Shown here: positions 1-9,658 of the stretch, piece after piece | Layout: each line of letters starts with the position of its first letter | How positions within the stretch are numbered: the first letter of the stretch is position 1 | Assembly: GCA_945871905.1 (NCBI GenBank) | Contig: CAMBXL010000004.1 | Span: 132,095-196,094, forward strand | DNA: 64,000 nucleotides | Source of the DNA: Chitinophaga pinensis | GTDB taxonomy: Bacteria; Bacteroidota; Bacteroidia; NS11-12g; UBA955 | Direction of reading: 5' to 3' | Notes under the pieces: model-generated | Database searches by the model: none | The model's input: only the letters and a program-made list of their open reading frames with translations | What the model was told of the DNA's origin: nothing | Program-made: the position numbers and the translations under genes

Positions 1-646
1 CAGTACCGATGAAAGAAAACTTATGGTTAAAAATGCTCTTCAAAATGTATTTACCTCAGCCGCTATTTCCGTTTCCCACGATTTGGAAGCCAGCGCAATA
101 GCTACTTGTGGAAACAAAGAGGGTTTGGCATGTATTTTAGGAACAGGCAGTAATATTTGCCACTGGAGTGGAACTTCAATTGTTCAACACGATGCCTTTT
201 TTGGCTTGGGTTATATTTTGGGTGATGAAGGCAGCGGTTGTGCAATGGGTAAACAACTTATTCGCGACTTTTTGTATTGTAAAATGCCTGAGGAAATTTC
301 GTTACAACTTATAAAATTGGGATTAAACAAGGACGAAATTATCAATAAAGTTTATACCCAAAAAGGGGCTAACGTCTATTTGGCGTCCTTTACTCATTTC
401 ATTTATGAGAATAAAAATCATTCTTATTTACAAAATTTAATCAATCAAACTTTTGATGAATTCATTAAATCTCACGTTTTAACTTTTTCTAACTACACCG
501 AAATACCTTGTAATTTTGTAGGTTCTGTAGCTTATATTTTCCAAGAAGAACTAAAACAAGTAGCTGATAAATATAAAGTTAGAATTGAAACCATTATAAA
601 ACAACCCATAGATAATTTATTGAATTACCACCTAAATAATAAATAA
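1..646 (+). CDS. BadF/BadG/BcrA/BcrD-type ATPase, N-acetylglucosamine kinase-like. The frame is open to the window edge, so the 5' end is probably truncated.
   Basis: Translation contains ILGTGSNICHWSG and GLGYILGDEGSGCAMGKQLI, which match the ROK/BadF sugar-kinase glycine-rich and 'GDEGSG' motifs. The frame (positions 2,5,...) has no stop back to base 2. The gene sits next to anmK. Confidence 0.6.
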   Translation, partial: STDERKLMVKNALQNVFTSAAISVSHDLEASAIATCGNKEGLACILGTGSNICHWSGTSIVQHDAFFGLGYILGDEGSGCAMGKQLIRDFLYCKMPEEISLQLIKLGLNKDEIINKVYTQKGANVYLASFTHFIYENKNHSYLQNLINQTFDEFIKSHVLTFSNYTEIPCNFVGSVAYIFQEELKQVADKYKVRIETIIKQPIDNLLNYHLNNK

Positions 647-712
647 ACAAAATACCCCATTTCCTTTAATCGATTAATTAGTTCTGTTTAAAGGGTTTAT
701 TCTACTTAATTT

Positions 713-740
713 TTGAAATATCCAAAAAAGGTTATTTTTG
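713..740 (+). promoter_or_regulatory. Putative Bacteroidota sigma-A promoter for anmK, with TTG at 713-715 and a -7 element TATTTTTG at 733-740.
   Basis: The spacing and motifs match the phylum consensus TTG-N17-19-TAnnTTTG. The ATG of anmK is at 771. Confidence 0.35.
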
Positions 741-770
741 CATTTCCTTAATTTTAAATTTATACTAATA

Positions 771-1868
771 ATGAAATCATATAAAGTCATTGGAATTATG
801 TCAGGATCGTCTATGGACGGCGTGGATATTGCACTATGTCATATTAAAGAGGACAATGGTGCTTATAGTTTTACCATAGAACAAGCCGAAACGATAGAAT
901 ACAACGAGAAATGGAGAGTTAGATTATCACAACTTAGAAAAGCAGATTCTTTGGCCTATGCCAAAACCGATGTTTTTTATGGCCATTATTTGGGACAATT
1001 GGTCAATGATTTTATCGCCAAACACCAAGTTAAGGTTGATTTAGTTGCTTCTCACGGACACACTGTTTTCCATTATCCAGAAGCTTTAATAACCCGTCAG
1101 GTTGGCGATGGCGCTTCATTGTCTGCAATATGTAATTTACCTGTTGTAACAGATTTCCGAAGTATGGATGTTGCAAAAGGTGGTCAAGGGGCTCCTCTTG
1201 TTGCTATAGGTGATGAAATGTTTTTTAGTCAATATGATTACTGCCTAAATCTTGGTGGTTTTGCCAATATTTCCGGGAAAATTGGTCAATACCGTGTTGC
1301 ATTTGATATTTCTCCTGCCAATATTATTCTTAACAGAACAGCCCGTGACTTGAACTTGGAATACGACAACAATGGTGAAATTGCTGCGCAAGGCTCCATC
1401 AATTATTCCATGTTAGAAAATTTAAATAAAATAGATTATTACAATTTACCTTTCCCAAAATCATTAAACAGAGATTGGATAAACAGTGAACTTTGGCAAA
1501 TAGTAAAAGAAGGAGATAAATTATCACCACAAGACAAAATGAAAACCTTTGTAGACCACATTGCATATCAAATTGCAAATAGCATCGACTATTTAAGTCA
1601 AAAACAGTCTGAAGGTAAACGTGTGTTAGTAACAGGTGGTGGCGCTTACAACAAAACTTTAATGGAACACATTCAAAGTCACAGTGATGCAAGGTTTGAA
1701 ATCCCTGATAATAAATTGATTGAGTACAAAGAATCTCTAATTTTTGCATTAATGGGCGTTTTAAGAATTCAAAACAAAGCCAATATTTACAAAACCTTTA
1801 CTGGGGCAAAATCTGACAGTATCAGCGGAAGTTTAAACGGAGATTTCTCAGCACTGTTGTCTATTTAA
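771..1868 (+). CDS. anmK: Anhydro-N-acetylmuramic acid kinase.
   Basis: The N-terminal IGIMSGSSMDGVDIAL matches the AnmK signature (MSGTSxDGID). The product is ~365 aa. The ATG at 771 is preferred over the TTG at 738 reported by the ORF caller. Confidence 0.85.
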   Translation: MKSYKVIGIMSGSSMDGVDIALCHIKEDNGAYSFTIEQAETIEYNEKWRVRLSQLRKADSLAYAKTDVFYGHYLGQLVNDFIAKHQVKVDLVASHGHTVFHYPEALITRQVGDGASLSAICNLPVVTDFRSMDVAKGGQGAPLVAIGDEMFFSQYDYCLNLGGFANISGKIGQYRVAFDISPANIILNRTARDLNLEYDNNGEIAAQGSINYSMLENLNKIDYYNLPFPKSLNRDWINSELWQIVKEGDKLSPQDKMKTFVDHIAYQIANSIDYLSQKQSEGKRVLVTGGGAYNKTLMEHIQSHSDARFEIPDNKLIEYKESLIFALMGVLRIQNKANIYKTFTGAKSDSISGSLNGDFSALLSI

Positions 1869-1907
1869 TAATTTTTGATTATTTTCGTAGGTGTTAAATT
1901 ATTTGTT

Positions 1908-2462
1908 ATGAAATCTGTCTTTTATTTTTTTTTGATTCTCCCCCTGTTTGTTTTTAATTCTTGTAAAAAAGAGGAAAAGAAAAACTTAATTGAAATTGAA
2001 TACCCACTTTCATTTTTTGATAAATTTGTGGGAGAAACTCATGGCGTTGATTCCTTAATCAGTCGCGAATCGTTTGAATTTCCTACTTCTTTGGATGGTG
2101 AATTAGCAAAGAAAAATACCAATAAAAGCAAAATAGTATCTGCACGACTAACTTACATGCGTATTCAAGTTATGGATTATGCTTGGGAAGATTCTACTAA
2201 ATATTCAAACCTAAAAGACATGTCTTTTCTTTCTATGGATCTTAAAAAAGCTGGTGTTGGTCAGGATTTAGTGGCGAGTAAAAACATCCCTGACCTTCGC
2301 ACAAGGTTCGTAAACCTCGAATTAAATGATGTTGAACTTAAAGAGTATTTGGCTCAAGAATCTTTTGCGTTTGTTGTAAAATACATCAAAAGAAGAGGAA
2401 TGCTTCACGACATGCCTTTTGCTATCAATTTGAAATTTAAAATAATAGCCGAAACCCTTTAG
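1908..2462 (+). CDS. Hypothetical lipoprotein.
   Basis: Signal peptide plus lipobox (LFVFNSCKK). No recognisable domain. ATG at 1908. Confidence 0.5.
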   Translation: MKSVFYFFLILPLFVFNSCKKEEKKNLIEIEYPLSFFDKFVGETHGVDSLISRESFEFPTSLDGELAKKNTNKSKIVSARLTYMRIQVMDYAWEDSTKYSNLKDMSFLSMDLKKAGVGQDLVASKNIPDLRTRFVNLELNDVELKEYLAQESFAFVVKYIKRRGMLHDMPFAINLKFKIIAETL

Positions 2463-4936
2463 TTGCAATCCACATCGGCAATAAAGACCAAAGCTTTATA
2501 ATTTTCACGTTTTAACAAGTAGTCGTAAACTTCTAAAACATACTTTTTAATATTTACGCCATCTTGGGGATTAGTACCAAATTTAATCAATAAATGGCGG
2601 ATATACATATTTCTTAGTTTGGACACATGAGGAGTTTCTGGCCCCAATACCCTGTTTCCCAATTGTTGTTTTAACAATTCAGTGTATTTTGCAGCCGCAT
2701 CATTCACCAATTGGTTTGACTTATGCTTAAATGTTATCTTGATTAACTTACTGAATGGAGGATAGTTAAACTGTTCTCTTTCACTGATTTGCTGATGGTA
2801 CATTTCCAAATAATTGTAATGCTCAACTGATTTTAATACAGGATGATTGGGCTGCTTGGTTTGAATAATCATTTGGCCTTTTTCTCCATGTCTCCCTGCC
2901 CTACCTGCTAATTGTATCAACAGTTGAAAGGTTCTTTCATTCGACCTAAAATCAGGAAAATTTAGAAGTTGATCAGCATTTACGACACTCGTTAATGATA
3001 CATTTTTGAAATCAAATCCTTTAACTACTATTTGAGTCCCAACTAACACATCTATTTTTTGATTCTCAAAATCATTGATAATGGTTTTAAAAGCATGCTT
3101 ACTGCTTGTACTATCTTGGTCGAACCGAGTCACATTAAGTTCGGGCAACAATTGCTGCAACTCTTCAGTAATTCTCTCTGTACCATACCCTTCCATCGTT
3201 AAAGTGTGATTGCCACAAGCCTGACATTTTACGATATTTTCGTGCTGAAATCCACAGTAATGACATCTTAAATTGTTAGAATATTTATAATAAGTTAAGG
3301 AAATATCACAATTAATACATTTACTTACCCATCCACAAGTGGTACATTCAATAATAGGAACAAAACCCTTTCGATTTTGGAACAAAATGGCTTGTTTATG
3401 TTCACTTTTTAATGATTTTAAATGGGTATAAAGTGTTTCACTGAAAATACCAGACATTGTTTTTTTTCTGATGTCTTCCTTTACATCAACAATAGTCATT
3501 TTTGCTGACAATGAATATCCATACCTTTCATCTAATTTTACCAATCCATACTTTCCCACTTGGGTATTGTAATAGGTTTCTACAGAAGGTGTCGCTGAGC
3601 CTAACAAAACTTTGGCGTTCAATTTATTGGCAAGCACAACCGCGCAATCTCTAGCTTGATAACGTGGCAATTTTTCCGACTGTTTGTAAGTATTCTCATG
3701 TTCTTCATCAACAATAATTAGACCCAATTGATGCATAGGCATAAACAAGGCCGACCTAGCACCCAATAAAACCTTAGCTTTACCTGACTGCACGTGTTGC
3801 CATATTTCCACTTTCTCATTAAAACTATATCGACTGTGAGAAACCATTAAGGTGTCACCAAAAAAGCCTTCAAGTAACTTAATAAACTGATGCGTTAAAG
3901 CCAATTCAGGCACTAAAACTAAGACACTATTCCCTTTTTCTAGTTGCTTTTTAATCAACTCAACATACAATAAACTTTTGCCCGACGCGGAAGCACCGTA
4001 CAATAATACAGTTGATTTAGACTCAAACTCAGTTTCAATAGCTTGAATAGCCTCTGATTGTTTGGGGGTTAATTGATAAGCATTATTTTGTGCCAAATGA
4101 TCCCCATATTGGAATCTATCAACTGCAATTTGTTCTTCGATAATTACTTTTTTAGTTACCAATTGTTTAATTGAAGACGACTTTAATTTGTAAGTGGAAA
4201 TTAATTTTGTTTTTAACGCTTGCCTTTCGTGACTTCCAATTAAGCAAAGCAAAACATCAAATTGACTTTTTTTACTTGCTTTTTGCTCAAATTCGCTCAT
4301 CAAAGCCATTAATTCAGCTTCGCTCAAAGCTTTATTTATCTTTAATAACTTTTCCGTTTTGGGTTTGTATTTTTGACCTAAATCTTCAAAAATAACAAGA
4401 TAACCACGGTCGTATAAACTTTTAATAACCTTAACAAAAGAAGTTTTAGACTTGAGGGTGGTTTCCAAATCAGCAATTTTAATTTTTTCCTTACCTTCCA
4501 AAACCTTTAAAATTTGCACCTCACGTTCGTCTAACTCCTCGGGATTGTAATCCAAATCATCCTGAATACAAACAAATGTTTCGCTTGCCAACCTTAATCC
4601 AGAAGGCAAGGCTGCCAACATAATGTCTCCTAATCCACACATGTAATAACCCGCCATCCATTCCCAAAAAGCCATTTGCTCTTCAGAAATCAAAGGATTG
4701 TCATCAATCATTGAAATTATATTTAAAGCTTCATACTGATGAGGGGCAACAGATGTAATAGATTTAATAATTGCAGTGTAAACTTTTCTAACCCCAAAAG
4801 GCACAAAAACCCTTTTTCCAACAACTGCTAATTCTAAATATTCATTTGGAACACGATAAGTAAATAATTTTTTTAGTGGCAAAGGTAAAACTACCTCTAC
4901 ATAGACTAAATCAGATATGAAATCGTCCTCAATCAA
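2459..4936 (-). CDS. priA: Primosomal protein N' (replication restart helicase PriA).
   Basis: Contains Walker A GASASGKS, the DEEH box (IIVDEEHE) and a Cys-rich zinc module (CTTCGW...CINC...CHYCG). The product is 825 aa, typical of PriA. Confidence 0.9.
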   Translation of the reverse strand: MIEDDFISDLVYVEVVLPLPLKKLFTYRVPNEYLELAVVGKRVFVPFGVRKVYTAIIKSITSVAPHQYEALNIISMIDDNPLISEEQMAFWEWMAGYYMCGLGDIMLAALPSGLRLASETFVCIQDDLDYNPEELDEREVQILKVLEGKEKIKIADLETTLKSKTSFVKVIKSLYDRGYLVIFEDLGQKYKPKTEKLLKINKALSEAELMALMSEFEQKASKKSQFDVLLCLIGSHERQALKTKLISTYKLKSSSIKQLVTKKVIIEEQIAVDRFQYGDHLAQNNAYQLTPKQSEAIQAIETEFESKSTVLLYGASASGKSLLYVELIKKQLEKGNSVLVLVPELALTHQFIKLLEGFFGDTLMVSHSRYSFNEKVEIWQHVQSGKAKVLLGARSALFMPMHQLGLIIVDEEHENTYKQSEKLPRYQARDCAVVLANKLNAKVLLGSATPSVETYYNTQVGKYGLVKLDERYGYSLSAKMTIVDVKEDIRKKTMSGIFSETLYTHLKSLKSEHKQAILFQNRKGFVPIIECTTCGWVSKCINCDISLTYYKYSNNLRCHYCGFQHENIVKCQACGNHTLTMEGYGTERITEELQQLLPELNVTRFDQDSTSSKHAFKTIINDFENQKIDVLVGTQIVVKGFDFKNVSLTSVVNADQLLNFPDFRSNERTFQLLIQLAGRAGRHGEKGQMIIQTKQPNHPVLKSVEHYNYLEMYHQQISEREQFNYPPFSKLIKITFKHKSNQLVNDAAAKYTELLKQQLGNRVLGPETPHVSKLRNMYIRHLLIKFGTNPQDGVNIKKYVLEVYDYLLKRENYKALVFIADVDCN

Positions 4937-5409
4937 AGAGATTTTGGATTTAATATTTCAAACAAATCACCTTGGTGTAACTCAACACCATTTTTAAACT
5001 CAATCAAAGCATAACCAGTAGTAGGCAATTCAGAACAACCTTTTTTTGAAAGTAGATTAGCCAATTCGCTTAATCCCATATTGTGACCAACAACAGCAAT
5101 AAAATTATGCTTTGCGACATATTTATTTATAATATCCAAAACTTCTGAAGCGCTTGCATGGTAAAGTTCATTCAAATAAACAATATTGGGAACAACATCC
5201 ATAAAATCAAAGAATAGTTCAGTCGTTTGTTTTGTTCTATTTGCTGAACTTGATAAAATTAAATCAGGAAAAGGGTATTTTGAAAAATAGTATTTTTTTA
5301 CCTTTTGGATAGTCAATAAACCTTGTTCACTCAAATTTCTCTCAAAATCAGATTTAATAAAACTGATTTCCTCCGATTTTGAGTGCCTTAGTAAAAGTAA
5401 TGTTTTCAT
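4933..5409 (-). CDS. Histidine phosphatase family protein (SixA-like phosphohistidine phosphatase).
   Basis: LLLLRHSKS (RHG-type motif) near the N-terminus and VVGHNMG near the C-terminus, ~158 aa. The start overlaps the priA stop by 4 nt. Confidence 0.65.
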   Translation of the reverse strand: MKTLLLLRHSKSEEISFIKSDFERNLSEQGLLTIQKVKKYYFSKYPFPDLILSSSANRTKQTTELFFDFMDVVPNIVYLNELYHASASEVLDIINKYVAKHNFIAVVGHNMGLSELANLLSKKGCSELPTTGYALIEFKNGVELHQGDLFEILNPKSL

Positions 5410-5416
5410 GCTTTTT

Positions 5417-5827
5417 TTATTCTATTTTATTATTAATGATTTTAATTCCAATGATTGTCCATCCTAATATCATATTAACACCTGCAAAAGGTGCAACCCA
5501 ACCCATTTTTTTCAAAAAAAGCAACCCTTCTAGTTCATAAAAAGAAACTAAATACAAACTCAAGCTAAATAAAACCATGCCCATTAATACTAAAAAAATT
5601 ATTTGTTTAGAAATCTCAATTTTGTAATTAGTTTTGTATTGAATTAAAACAATCAGAGCAATAGATTGAATGGCCAAATAATAATTAGCTTTATTAAAAA
5701 CCTTCAGCCTATCTTCTGAAAGAATTTTTTCCAAACCATGAGCCCCTAATGCTCCCATTTCAATAGAAAAAGAAAAAAGTATGAAACACAAACCAATTAT
5801 TTTTTTATCTTGCTTCAATAAAAACAT
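5417..5827 (-). CDS. DUF423 family membrane protein.
   Basis: The GALGAHGLEK motif and ~4 TM segments are typical of DUF423/YgdD. The start is chosen at the internal Met (MFLLKQ...) so the gene does not overlap the divergent gene. Confidence 0.6.
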   Translation of the reverse strand: MFLLKQDKKIIGLCFILFSFSIEMGALGAHGLEKILSEDRLKVFNKANYYLAIQSIALIVLIQYKTNYKIEISKQIIFLVLMGMVLFSLSLYLVSFYELEGLLFLKKMGWVAPFAGVNMILGWTIIGIKIINNKIE

Positions 5828-5840
5828 TTCACAAAAATAT

Positions 5841-7340
5841 ATGAAAAAACAGATTTTATACATTCTAATTCTATTTAGTTTTTTAAATAATTATTGTCTC
5901 AAATTACAATCGCAAACGTTTCTTGGTTTGCAACACAGTAACTATGGAGGAATTCATCAAACCAACTTAAATCCAGCCTCTATTGTAAATAGTAGACATA
6001 AAATGCATATTAACGCTTTTACTTTTGGAACAGGTTTTAACAATGATTACTTAAGTTTAAACATGCCATTTTCATTACTCAATTTAATTACAGGCAATGT
6101 TCCTGCCCAATTTAAAAATCCAAATGGAAGTGTAAAGTTTGACGAAAATTGGCTTAAAGAGAACATTAATGGCAAATCGAAAAATGTAAATTTATATTTA
6201 CAAACACGAGCTCCTGGATATATGCAACAGATTGGTAAAGGGTTTGCTTTTGGCTTTCAATACAAAAATAACTTATCTTTCCAAATTAATGATTTTGCTG
6301 AACCATTGGCTAGACTCGCTAGACACGGTGTTGATAGCAGCAATGGTTCTGTTACCTTCAGTGGTCCTAATCAATTCAGTGTTGGTCAAAACTTTGGCGA
6401 CAATGCATTTACAGTGAATATAAATGCCTACGGTGAATTCGGAATTACACTTGCCAAAACTATCATTAACAATGAAAATATGGTTATTAAAGCAGGAATA
6501 ACTCCCAAGTTATTGATGGGTTATGCAACAGGTTATGTCAAAAACAAAGGGGTCTCTTTCAGAGCTACAGGAAGCGATTCTATAATATTCAATAAGACTG
6601 ATATTGAATATGGTTATACAGATCCAAGTTATTTTGAGAATATCAATGCCGTAAATTTTGATGTATTAAAAAACAATCTTCAAGGGACTGGTTTTGGTTA
6701 TGACATCGGTGGGACATTTGAACTGAAAGCAAAAAAAGACAGCAAAACCAAAAACAAGAATAATCTTTACATTTTTCGAGGTGGATTGAGTTTGTTAGAC
6801 GGCGGCAAAATCACTTACAAAAACAATTTAAAAAACATAAGAATTACTAATGGTGCAAACGACAAAGTTTTGAAAATTGACACCAATTTTATCAATGCAT
6901 TCAGCAATGGTCAAGATGAAGGAATAAGATATGCAGACAGTACCTTAAGAACTATTTTTCAAATAGACAGTTTTGACTCTCAAATTATAACGGCAATGCC
7001 TAGTACCATTAACTTTCAGTTTGATTACAATGTGTTTAAATTTTTCTATGTTGGTGCCAATTGGTCGCAAGATTTAAGAGGGAAAAAAGCAGTTGGCGTT
7101 CGAAGAGCATCCTATTTAATGTTGATTCCAAGGATGGAAACAAAGTTATTTGAATTGGCATTACCTATTGGATTAATGAATGATTACCGAAACGGAATAG
7201 TCGGCCTATATTGCAGAGTAGGTCCGATATTTGTTGGTTCCGATAATTTAATCGGTCAACTTAAAGGCAAAAATATCTATGGTTCTGATTTTTACGTTGG
7301 AATTAGTGCGGGTATTACTGGAAAAAAGAAAAAAGACTAA
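5841..7340 (+). CDS. Hypothetical outer-membrane protein (~500 aa, signal peptide, beta-strand rich).
   Basis: Signal peptide MKKQILYILILFSFLNN...LQSQ, with alternating hydrophobic Gly/Tyr/Asn-rich strands. No family is recognisable by eye. ATG at 5841 preferred over the upstream ATG at 5781. Confidence 0.5.
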   Translation: MKKQILYILILFSFLNNYCLKLQSQTFLGLQHSNYGGIHQTNLNPASIVNSRHKMHINAFTFGTGFNNDYLSLNMPFSLLNLITGNVPAQFKNPNGSVKFDENWLKENINGKSKNVNLYLQTRAPGYMQQIGKGFAFGFQYKNNLSFQINDFAEPLARLARHGVDSSNGSVTFSGPNQFSVGQNFGDNAFTVNINAYGEFGITLAKTIINNENMVIKAGITPKLLMGYATGYVKNKGVSFRATGSDSIIFNKTDIEYGYTDPSYFENINAVNFDVLKNNLQGTGFGYDIGGTFELKAKKDSKTKNKNNLYIFRGGLSLLDGGKITYKNNLKNIRITNGANDKVLKIDTNFINAFSNGQDEGIRYADSTLRTIFQIDSFDSQIITAMPSTINFQFDYNVFKFFYVGANWSQDLRGKKAVGVRRASYLMLIPRMETKLFELALPIGLMNDYRNGIVGLYCRVGPIFVGSDNLIGQLKGKNIYGSDFYVGISAGITGKKKKD

Positions 7341-7454
7341 TCAATTTAATTGTTGTAATAAAATCGTCTAAAAAAAGGGGCATTTTGTAAGAGATGTTTG
7401 CTAATAATTTCATGTTTTAATAATATTACATTAGGTTTGCAATTTATTAACCAA

Positions 7455-8669
7455 ATGTCGAATCATAAACAAATAAGCGAAACAATCGCTCAACGTTTAA
7501 ATAGAATTGTCGAATCAGAAACGATTGCAATGGCAAAACTAGGAAGAGCGCTAGCTGCAGAAGGTAAACCAATTATTAATTTAAGCTTTGGCGAACCAGA
7601 TTTTAGAACGCCTGATCATATTAAACAAGCCGCTATTGATGCTATCAATCAAAATTTCACATACTACACTCCTGTTGCAGGTATCCCTGATTTAAAAGAA
7701 GCTGTAAAGCTTAAGTTTAAAAGAGATAATAACTTAGAATATAACACTGACCAAATTGTGGTTAGTACTGGTGCTAAAAATTCAATAATGAATACCGTTT
7801 TAGCTTTGGTAAATCCTGGTGATGAAGTTATTATTCCACAGCCTTATTGGGTTAGTTACTCAGACATGGTAAATTTAGCTGAAGGAGTTTGTGTGTTTAT
7901 AAATACAAGTATTGACGAACATTACAAAATAACACCTCAACAACTTGAGGAAGCAATTACTCCTAAAACTAAATTATTCATGTTTAGCAGCCCTAATAAT
8001 CCAAGCGGTATGATTTATAATGAAAGTGAATTAAAGGCATTTGCGGAGGTGTTTGAACGCCATCCTCATGTTTATATTCTAAGTGATGAAATCTATGAAC
8101 ACATTAATTTCAACGAAAAACACTACAGTATTGCCAATTATGGAACTTTAATCAATCGTACAATAACTGTTAATGGTGTTTCTAAAGCATTTTCAATGAC
8201 TGGTTGGAGAATTGGTTATATCGGAGCGCCTAAAGAAATAGCTTTTGCTTGTGAAAAACTTCAAAGTCAGTTCACAAGTGGTACAAACTCTATTGCCCAA
8301 AAAGCTGCAATTGCTGCATTACTTGGCGTTATGCAACCAACCTACGATATGAGAACTGCTTTTCATAGTCGCCGTGACTTGTGTTATAACTTATTGAAAG
8401 ATGTTGAAGGTATTAAACTATTAAATCCAGATGGTGCTTTCTATTTATTTCCAGATATCAGTCATTTCATAGGTAAATCTTATAAAAACTATACAATTCA
8501 TAATTCACAAGACCTTTGTATGTATATTCTTAATGAGTTTTATGTAGTTACAGTAGCAGGAAGTGCTTTTGGTAACGACCATTGCATTCGTTTATCGTAT
8601 GCAACCAATGAAGATAACTTAACAATTGCCATTAATAGAATTAAAGAAGCACTTAGTTTACTTAAATAA
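7455..8669 (+). CDS. Pyridoxal-phosphate-dependent aminotransferase, class I/II (aspartate/aromatic aminotransferase-like).
   Basis: NGVSKAFSMTGWRIGY carries the PLP-lysine motif (SKxFxMTGWRIGY). The product is ~400 aa. ATG at 7455. Confidence 0.8.
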   Translation: MSNHKQISETIAQRLNRIVESETIAMAKLGRALAAEGKPIINLSFGEPDFRTPDHIKQAAIDAINQNFTYYTPVAGIPDLKEAVKLKFKRDNNLEYNTDQIVVSTGAKNSIMNTVLALVNPGDEVIIPQPYWVSYSDMVNLAEGVCVFINTSIDEHYKITPQQLEEAITPKTKLFMFSSPNNPSGMIYNESELKAFAEVFERHPHVYILSDEIYEHINFNEKHYSIANYGTLINRTITVNGVSKAFSMTGWRIGYIGAPKEIAFACEKLQSQFTSGTNSIAQKAAIAALLGVMQPTYDMRTAFHSRRDLCYNLLKDVEGIKLLNPDGAFYLFPDISHFIGKSYKNYTIHNSQDLCMYILNEFYVVTVAGSAFGNDHCIRLSYATNEDNLTIAINRIKEALSLLK

Positions 8670-9658
8670 TGAATCCAATTATTGAACAATTTTCCGGTAA
8701 AAAAGTATTGATTATAGGTGATGTAATGGTGGATGCCTACATTATGGGTAAGGTTGAACGTGTATCACCTGAAGCCCCTGTGCCTATTGTTAATATCGAA
8801 TCATTGGACAATCGTTTAGGTGGTGCTGCTAACGTTGCTCTAAATATTCATGCCTTGGGAGCTACTCCTTTGTTGTGCACCGTTATTGGCGATGACAAAG
8901 AAGGAATAGAATTTCTAAATATTCTTGATAAGTTCCAAATGGGACATCATGGAATATTAAAATCTGATGATAGAAAAACCACAACCAAAACCAGAGTTTT
9001 GGGTAATAAACACCAATTACTTAGGTTAGATAACGAAGTAACGCACGACCTTTGTGAACAAGACCATAATGCATTATTAAATCTTGTAAATGATATGTTA
9101 CCATTGTGTGATGTAGTTATATTGCAAGATTACAATAAAGGGGTTTTAACCTCATCCAATATACCGTTGATAATACAAATGGCAAAAACAGCTGGAAAAC
9201 CCATTGCTGTTGACCCTAAAAAGAAAAACTTTTTAAGTTACAATGGTGTCACGTTATTTAAACCCAATCTTAAAGAAATTAAAGAAGGCTTAAACAGTGA
9301 TCAAAATTTAAAAGTTAAGTCTAACCTTATTGAAGCTGTTAAGGAATTGAACAAACACCTTAATAATTCAATTACAATGGTTACGCTTTCAGAGGATGGA
9401 GTAATGATTACCGACCACCAAAACTTTGATTTTATTCCTGCTCACCTCAGAAATATTTCAGATGTAAGTGGTGCTGGAGATACCGTAATCAGTGTTGCAT
9501 CTTTATGTTTAGCTTGCAATACTGAAATGCACATTATCGCCGAGTTGTCCAATTTGGCTGGTGGATTAGTTTGCGAAGAAAACGGGGTTGTACCTATTGA
9601 CTTAGAAAAACTTAATAAGGAATTTTCGGCTTTATTTAATAAAGAAACAAACCATTGA
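8669..9658 (+). CDS. PfkB-family sugar kinase, RfaE/HldE domain-I-like (D-glycero-beta-D-manno-heptose-7-phosphate kinase-like).
   Basis: VLIIGDVMVDAYIMGKVERVSPEAPVPIV is characteristic of the HldE kinase domain. The C-terminal SGAGDTVI is a PfkB motif. There is a 1-nt overlap (TAATG) with the upstream gene. Confidence 0.6.
   Translation: MNPIIEQFSGKKVLIIGDVMVDAYIMGKVERVSPEAPVPIVNIESLDNRLGGAANVALNIHALGATPLLCTVIGDDKEGIEFLNILDKFQMGHHGILKSDDRKTTTKTRVLGNKHQLLRLDNEVTHDLCEQDHNALLNLVNDMLPLCDVVILQDYNKGVLTSSNIPLIIQMAKTAGKPIAVDPKKKNFLSYNGVTLFKPNLKEIKEGLNSDQNLKVKSNLIEAVKELNKHLNNSITMVTLSEDGVMITDHQNFDFIPAHLRNISDVSGAGDTVISVASLCLACNTEMHIIAELSNLAGGLVCEENGVVPIDLEKLNKEFSALFNKETNH

Noticed and set aside
1399-1749. 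116-aa ORF antisense to anmK, and the many similar 60-110-aa ORFs nested in or antisense to large genes (e.g. 4171-4395, 6232-6417, 10869-11138, 35174-37263, 46675-47611, 51135-51924, 52776-53111).
   Set aside because: All lie entirely inside well-supported genes on the other strand or in another frame. They have low-complexity, Leu/Ser/Phe-rich translations typical of AT-rich antisense frames, with no start context or motifs.
738-5863. N-terminal extensions proposed by the ORF track (anmK at 738, lipoprotein at 1875, DUF423 at 5863, OMP at 5781, aminotransferase at 7398, tsaD at 33096, BamA/TamA-like at 39562).
   Set aside because: The extensions start at TTG or at upstream ATGs that add non-homologous residues or create long overlaps with neighbouring genes. 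Internal ATGs give proteins whose N-termini match the family consensus or a proper signal peptide.
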